A stretch of DNA of 22,892 nt from positions 1 to 22,892 of the forward strand of contig JARRQT010000057.1 of assembly GCA_037381445.1 (NCBI GenBank), read 5' to 3'. The notes below the pieces were generated by a model, which did not search any database, was not told the DNA's origin, and was given only the letters and a program-made list of their open reading frames with translations. Position numbers and translations under genes: made by a program. This document shows positions 18,164 through 22,892 of this stretch, piece by piece (the first letter of the stretch is position 1; each line of letters begins with the position of its first letter). This stretch comes from Calditrichia bacterium. Lineage in GTDB: Bacteria; Calditrichota; Calditrichia; RBG-13-44-9.

Positions 18164-21100
18164 TTATCGAATTACGGCAAATTTGCCGACGTAGTTCCCT
18201 GCGCCGGATTCCACCTGAAATACATACAGCCCGCTGGAAATTTTAAGTTCTTCCTTGTTCCTCAAATTCCAAATTTGAACCCCTCCCATGGCATTGGGAT
18301 CATCGGAATTCGCATCATGGACAATTTCCTTAATCAATATCCCGGAAACAGTAAATATCCTGATTGTGCATTTTTCCGGCAAGTTGGTGAATTGAATGTG
18401 ATTGGAGAACCGGTTTTCATCCCAGTCCGCCCTGATATAATAGGGATTAGGCACTACCTTGATATCGTTCAGATTCACGTTCGCCCTTTGCACGGAGGGA
18501 CCCAGCGTCTGGAAAGTTATGCGGTTACTGATCTGAAAAGGCTTATCGGTCTGAACAGAATAGCTATCTCCAGCCTTCAGCGGATCAGTCTCGCTTGTTT
18601 TTTCATACAGAATACTGAATATGGGTGATTTGTCATATTTGCCATAAACAACAATACTATCACTCTGGGTAAAGCTCTGACTGTTATCCACATCATAAAA
18701 CCGCGTTTGCTGATAAGAAGCCAGGCTGCTGTTATACACTTTGTAAGGTACACTAATGCCATTGGTGTCAGTGTCTGCACTATTCGGATAATCCGGAAAC
18801 TGGACCTCAAAATCATAAGGCTCCATATTGGCATAGGTTGTGACCAACAGGCTGTCTCCGCAATCAGTCACCCATCCCGAATATTCGGAATTGAATGTGG
18901 GGATTTTACTGACCTCAAAATCAATAGAAATCCCATCAACCGGCGGGGTAACCGCATTCGGATCATAGGATGTTCCAAAAACATTGGTCATCGAATCCAG
19001 CAGGACTGTTCCGGCGTTGAGATCGGTCAGCCTCCAGTATTTGGCGCTGGTGTAGGGCGGATTGAGCGTATCGAAGAAAGCAATCTCATACTCGTGTCCG
19101 GTAATCTGAGCAGGCTGTACTGCATCTACCACCAGCGTTCCGCTGACGGGTCCGGTATATATAATATTTTTCACCTCAGGAGTGCTGCCGGTGCTGGCAG
19201 GGGTTCCCGGAATGACTTTGGTTTGGTTCTGTTTGGGAGAGCTTTCCAATGGAGGCAGCGCCAAAGCAGAATTTCCCTGATCGAAAGAAGTTACCGCGTA
19301 ATAGTAAGGAATCCCGTTTTCCACATCGCTATCCACATAATTGTATTCCAGTCCGGTCTCGTTTCCCAAAACATCGCCCATATAGGTATGGATCTCCAGC
19401 ACATCTCCCGGCAGCGGATCCCTGCTGGCCAGTCCGGCAGGATCGACCGGTCCTGTCCCAATCAAAAAGAACATGCCATCAAAATAGACAATGGTGCTGT
19501 CGATATTGGGATCATTTGGCAAATAGAAGTTCGGCTGATTATAATTGGGATCATTTGTTGCCGGCTTAAACAACCAGGGCAGTGCCGACCAGTCATTACC
19601 GATTTTCTTCGTTACCGTGTAAGAATTGGGTTTGCCATACTGACCGAGTGCTTCTTTGTTGTATTGATATAAAACGCCCGAAGTTTTATTATTGATCACA
19701 AAATTGTCAGGCGTAGTGAAATTGATGGTATAAATCTGATCGCCCTTGAACTGCTTAAACCTGCTGGCGTTCTTGTCAAAGCCCAGGAAACGGAAACGTG
19801 CGGTGGTGTTTCCCTTGGTTATTTTGGTAATAACAGAGTTGGCGGTTTTTGTTCCGAACAGATCATATTCCGCGAGCATGGTCCAGTCGGTCGCTAAACC
19901 GGTTTTGTTTTTATAGACACGGTATCCTTCAAAATCCGCTTCGCCGGAGAACGGATCGGTAATGCTCTCCGGAAAATTGTCCCAGCTCAGATAGACTTTC
20001 CGGTCCGCCGGATATGCGGTCAATTTAGGTGAAGGCGGTGCTTCCGGGAGCACATATCCTTCATCATAGATTTTCTGGATTTTTCGGGTATTCTCCTGCA
20101 GATCGGCAAGGCTCTCGCCCATTACAATGGCAACCACCACCGTATCTGTTTCACCGGGATTCAAACGGGAATTGGGCCCGGTGCACAACAGCATTCTCAC
20201 ATCCTGTGGTGTTTCGAATATTTCATAGGGATTATCAGGATCGGTAGTTGATTCATTATCCAGTTCCTTATACTTCAGGTGATCGGCGCCGTCATTCTCC
20301 ACCTTCTGCTCATCTCCCTCACGGGTCCAGGTCTGAAAACCGGTTAAATAAGAATCGTTTATGGGGCTGCGGGCAATTCCCTTTAACCAGACGGCACCGA
20401 TATATCCCGCAATCGTCTTCCAATCCTTCTCATACCCGTCAGCATCGTAAGCATATCCAAGGCTTAAAGCGGGATCAAAACCGATCAAGTCATCATTCGA
20501 TCCCTGCGGCTCGCTTATATCGGCAAAGCCGATGTCAGGGTCCATAAAATACCCGGCATAAAGGTTCCGGATGGGCAGATCATTCATGTTTTTAATGATA
20601 AATTCCATGACAACGACATCCTGCGCCACCGGGCTGGTCCAGGAATAAGTACGCTGGGTCACCAGAATTCCCAGGGGGCTGATATCATAATCAGTAACAT
20701 CGGGGTCCTGCCATACAGCGGAATCCTTTGGGGCAATAGAGCCATATTGGGTCCAGGTATCTTCATCGGAAACGAAATCACCTTTCATCGGATCCAGCTG
20801 CAAATTCCCCGGCCGTCGGGCATTGATCGCAGTATTTAAAAATGGCCAAAGTTCCTGGTAAGATTCTTTCTCGCGATATTTCTGTTTATACTTTTCCATG
20901 CCGGCATGCTCATCATCAGCAGGCAGCACCTGATTGCTCATATAAATGGGGCTTGCAGTGCTCCATTCATCTGTATAGGTGCCGGTATCCACACGCCTTT
21001 CCCAGTACAACGTATCGCCGTCGACTACAACCGGAATCTCGCCGCCGATCCAGGGACTGGCACAAAAGAGATAGGATTGGTTGGTACCTGCCGGCCACTC

Positions 21101-21388
21101 ACCATTGTCGCCGTCTTTAAATGTGTTGTTCGGGAAACTCCCATCATAGCGCTCCCAGTCGGAAGGCTTTACCCAATAGCCATGGTTTCCGGTATTGGTA
21201 ATGGCGATTCTGGTAAGCTCACCGGCGCCAATCCAGGTAATATTCACCGGAGGATAATTTTCTGAAACAGCAGATTTGTTAAATGTTTTTGTGCTGTTAT
21301 TCTGTTGATTTTTATCCCGTGCAAACAGGGATAATAAAAAAATCAGCAGCAGCAATATGGTTAAATAAGGAATAGCACTTCTCTTCAT
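18164..21388 (-). CDS. Large secreted protein (1074 aa) with a split FN3-like domain and a variant T9SS-like C-terminal domain
   Basis: Signal peptide, then WPAGT...YLF...WIG, TQRTYSW...DPDIG, APPSPKL...VYLSWD...DFEGYRVYK, VENGIPYYYAVTSFD. C-terminus IKVVPNPY...IQFTNLPEKCTIRIFTVSG...WNLRN...SSGLYVFQV...GKFAVIR. Confidence 0.85.
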   Translation of the reverse strand: MKRSAIPYLTILLLLIFLLSLFARDKNQQNNSTKTFNKSAVSENYPPVNITWIGAGELTRIAITNTGNHGYWVKPSDWERYDGSFPNNTFKDGDNGEWPAGTNQSYLFCASPWIGGEIPVVVDGDTLYWERRVDTGTYTDEWSTASPIYMSNQVLPADDEHAGMEKYKQKYREKESYQELWPFLNTAINARRPGNLQLDPMKGDFVSDEDTWTQYGSIAPKDSAVWQDPDVTDYDISPLGILVTQRTYSWTSPVAQDVVVMEFIIKNMNDLPIRNLYAGYFMDPDIGFADISEPQGSNDDLIGFDPALSLGYAYDADGYEKDWKTIAGYIGAVWLKGIARSPINDSYLTGFQTWTREGDEQKVENDGADHLKYKELDNESTTDPDNPYEIFETPQDVRMLLCTGPNSRLNPGETDTVVVAIVMGESLADLQENTRKIQKIYDEGYVLPEAPPSPKLTAYPADRKVYLSWDNFPESITDPFSGEADFEGYRVYKNKTGLATDWTMLAEYDLFGTKTANSVITKITKGNTTARFRFLGFDKNASRFKQFKGDQIYTINFTTPDNFVINNKTSGVLYQYNKEALGQYGKPNSYTVTKKIGNDWSALPWLFKPATNDPNYNQPNFYLPNDPNIDSTIVYFDGMFFLIGTGPVDPAGLASRDPLPGDVLEIHTYMGDVLGNETGLEYNYVDSDVENGIPYYYAVTSFDQGNSALALPPLESSPKQNQTKVIPGTPASTGSTPEVKNIIYTGPVSGTLVVDAVQPAQITGHEYEIAFFDTLNPPYTSAKYWRLTDLNAGTVLLDSMTNVFGTSYDPNAVTPPVDGISIDFEVSKIPTFNSEYSGWVTDCGDSLLVTTYANMEPYDFEVQFPDYPNSADTDTNGISVPYKVYNSSLASYQQTRFYDVDNSQSFTQSDSIVVYGKYDKSPIFSILYEKTSETDPLKAGDSYSVQTDKPFQISNRITFQTLGPSVQRANVNLNDIKVVPNPYYIRADWDENRFSNHIQFTNLPEKCTIRIFTVSGILIKEIVHDANSDDPNAMGGVQIWNLRNKEELKISSGLYVFQVESGAGNYVGKFAVIR

Positions 21389-21407
21389 CTTCAGTCTCCA
21401 TTCTTTT

Positions 21408-22769
21408 TTATAAAGAAACCTGTGCGCTTACACCAAACCGGATGATACGCGGAATACCATAATAATTAGGCCTGTTGACATAATCCTGCCAGGCGGCAAG
21501 TTTGTCGGCATAAAACGCCTCAGCCGAGGGATAACCCCATTTTGCAGCCTCTGCCGCATAAATTGAGCGTTCAAACGGCGGTCTGTATCCGTTATCATTG
21601 GGGAGGCCGGTAGCAACCCACAAGTTTTCGATATTTTCTGTGTTAAACAAATTTCTGACGTCGGCAAACAGACTCATCCGAAAGCGGTCCCCGAATGGGA
21701 TATACTTTTCAACCCGCAAATCTACGCGGTTAGTGGACGGCATTCTCTTCGAGCCCAGTTCACCCGGTTCGCCCTTCAAATTTTCCGGCGTATAGGGCGG
21801 GCCGCTGTTAAAGACAAAGAAGAAGTTGGTATTCAAATCCTGAAGAGGTTTAAATCCAAACAGGTTGGGACCCCATTTCGGGGGCAGGAATAAACTCACA
21901 TCCAGTTTGATGGAGTGAGTGATATCAAATTCCAGTGGATATTCTTTCCTTGGCAGCTCACCCAACTGATCTCCGCCATATCTGTAATAGAATTCACGCG
22001 AGGAGGAACCCGATCCCTTTGCATCCATATAGGAATAGGTCAGTGAGCCGTAAAAGAATTTGGAGGGTCTTTTTTCCAGTGTAATATCCACACCTTTCAC
22101 TTTCGCAAAATCACTGATTTTGAAAATGGTGTACTGGGCGGGCCGTCCCTGCCATTGGGTGGTCTCCTGCCGGGTGCTCAGCAGTTTCTGAATGTCCTTA
22201 TAATAGCCATTGACTTCCACTGAAACACTGTTTGATAACCGGTGTTTGAGGGCCACCGCATACATCGTTTCCTGCTGTGGCGGCAGATCGGGATTTCCAA
22301 TCAACGGGATGCCGCTGGTAAAATCAGCCTGAATGCTCTGGTAAATTTCTCCCAGTTCAGGCACCTGGAAGAAATGGCCGTAATTGGCGCGCATCAATGT
22401 CTTATCGGATACGGCAAAAGCGATTCCGAAACGCGGGCTCCACTTCTGTTTCAGGGTAGCCTGCTTGTAACCGGCCTCCACATTATTCAGATCTTTTAGC
22501 ACTTCAGAGTGGGGATGAAAATAATCGTAGCGCAATCCCACATTAATGATCATGTCTTCGTATTCAATTTTATCCTGGATGTAACCGGCCGCAACCGTCG
22601 GTTTTTTCAGATAGGCATCGAAGTATGGATTAACATTAAGCAGCTGTATGTCGGTATAATCCAGCCTGCTGAAATTCAGTTTTCCGCCAATTTTAATATA
22701 ATTGTACTTGTTTAACTGGCCCTGGAATGCCCCTTCTGCTTCATATTTTTTAGTACTTCTCTCGTGCCA
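21408..22769 (-). CDS. TonB-dependent receptor, C-terminal barrel half; 5' part missing or replaced by duplicated sequence
   Basis: YIQDKIEYEDMIINVGLRYDYF, SPRFGIAFAVSD, NYGHFFQVP, GNPDLPPQ, YYKDI, KGVDITLEK, DVRNLFN, PRIIRFG. The first 15 aa of the track ORF (22770-22814) come from the out-of-frame duplicate. Confidence 0.9.
   Translation of the reverse strand, partial: WHERSTKKYEAEGAFQGQLNKYNYIKIGGKLNFSRLDYTDIQLLNVNPYFDAYLKKPTVAAGYIQDKIEYEDMIINVGLRYDYFHPHSEVLKDLNNVEAGYKQATLKQKWSPRFGIAFAVSDKTLMRANYGHFFQVPELGEIYQSIQADFTSGIPLIGNPDLPPQQETMYAVALKHRLSNSVSVEVNGYYKDIQKLLSTRQETTQWQGRPAQYTIFKISDFAKVKGVDITLEKRPSKFFYGSLTYSYMDAKGSGSSSREFYYRYGGDQLGELPRKEYPLEFDITHSIKLDVSLFLPPKWGPNLFGFKPLQDLNTNFFFVFNSGPPYTPENLKGEPGELGSKRMPSTNRVDLRVEKYIPFGDRFRMSLFADVRNLFNTENIENLWVATGLPNDNGYRPPFERSIYAAEAAKWGYPSAEAFYADKLAAWQDYVNRPNYYGIPRIIRFGVSAQVSL
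22252..22378. repeat. Direct repeat copy 1 (127 bp, inside the receptor CDS)
   Basis: Identical to 22766-22892 except 22332 A vs 22846 G and 22362 C vs 22876 T. Confidence 0.97.
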
Positions 22770-22892
22770 CCGCATACATCGTTTCCTGCTGTGGCGGCAG
22801 ATCGGGATTTCCAATCAACGGGATGCCGCTGGTAAAATCAGCCTGGATGCTCTGGTAAATTTCTCCCAGTTCAGGTACCTGGAAGAAATGGC
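22766..22892. repeat. Direct repeat copy 2 (at least 127 bp, runs to the window end)
   Basis: 125/127 identical to 22252-22378, offset 514 bp (out of frame). Confidence 0.97.

Noticed and set aside
22770..22814. ORF-track N-terminus MEIPICRHSRKRCMR of the receptor
   Set aside because: It derives from the out-of-frame duplicate. There is no signal peptide or plug domain.
22252..22892. Repeat pair as a diversity-generating retroelement TR/VR
   Set aside because: Only two mismatches, both synonymous and not adenine-specific in one copy on one strand. No reverse transcriptase is in the window.
1..22892. CRISPR array, rRNA/tRNA, transposase, integrase or prophage
   Set aside because: No regularly spaced repeats, RNA gene signatures or mobile-element ORFs were seen.

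Overview
Bacterial window with all 14 credible CDSs on the minus strand. The gene content (FlgD-Ig/T9SS type-A C-terminal domains, PorV/PorQ-like barrel, GWxTD protein) suggests an FCB-related lineage such as Calditrichota/KSB1 (inference). Left (1-2905): a three-gene trehalose module of beta-PGM-like HAD, trehalose-phosphatase and a GH65 cut by the window edge. Middle (3433-9295): stand-alone genes in AT-rich spacers: aromatic-amino-acid-type PLP decarboxylase, DUF4203-like membrane protein, acyltransferase, tandem AP2-domain protein and TlpA. Right (9701-22892): a tightly spaced cell-surface locus, TonB-dependent receptor > 1074-aa protein with a variant 'VPNPY' sorting domain > PorV/PorQ-like barrel > type-A-CTD protein > M6 metalloprotease, then a TPR-GWxTD gene. 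This is the best candidate for a poorly described system: a peptide/protein utilisation locus with no visible SusD and its own secretion/anchoring barrel. The last 127 bp duplicate an internal part of the receptor gene out of frame, most likely an assembly or chimera artefact. Family calls come from motif recognition, not database searches.
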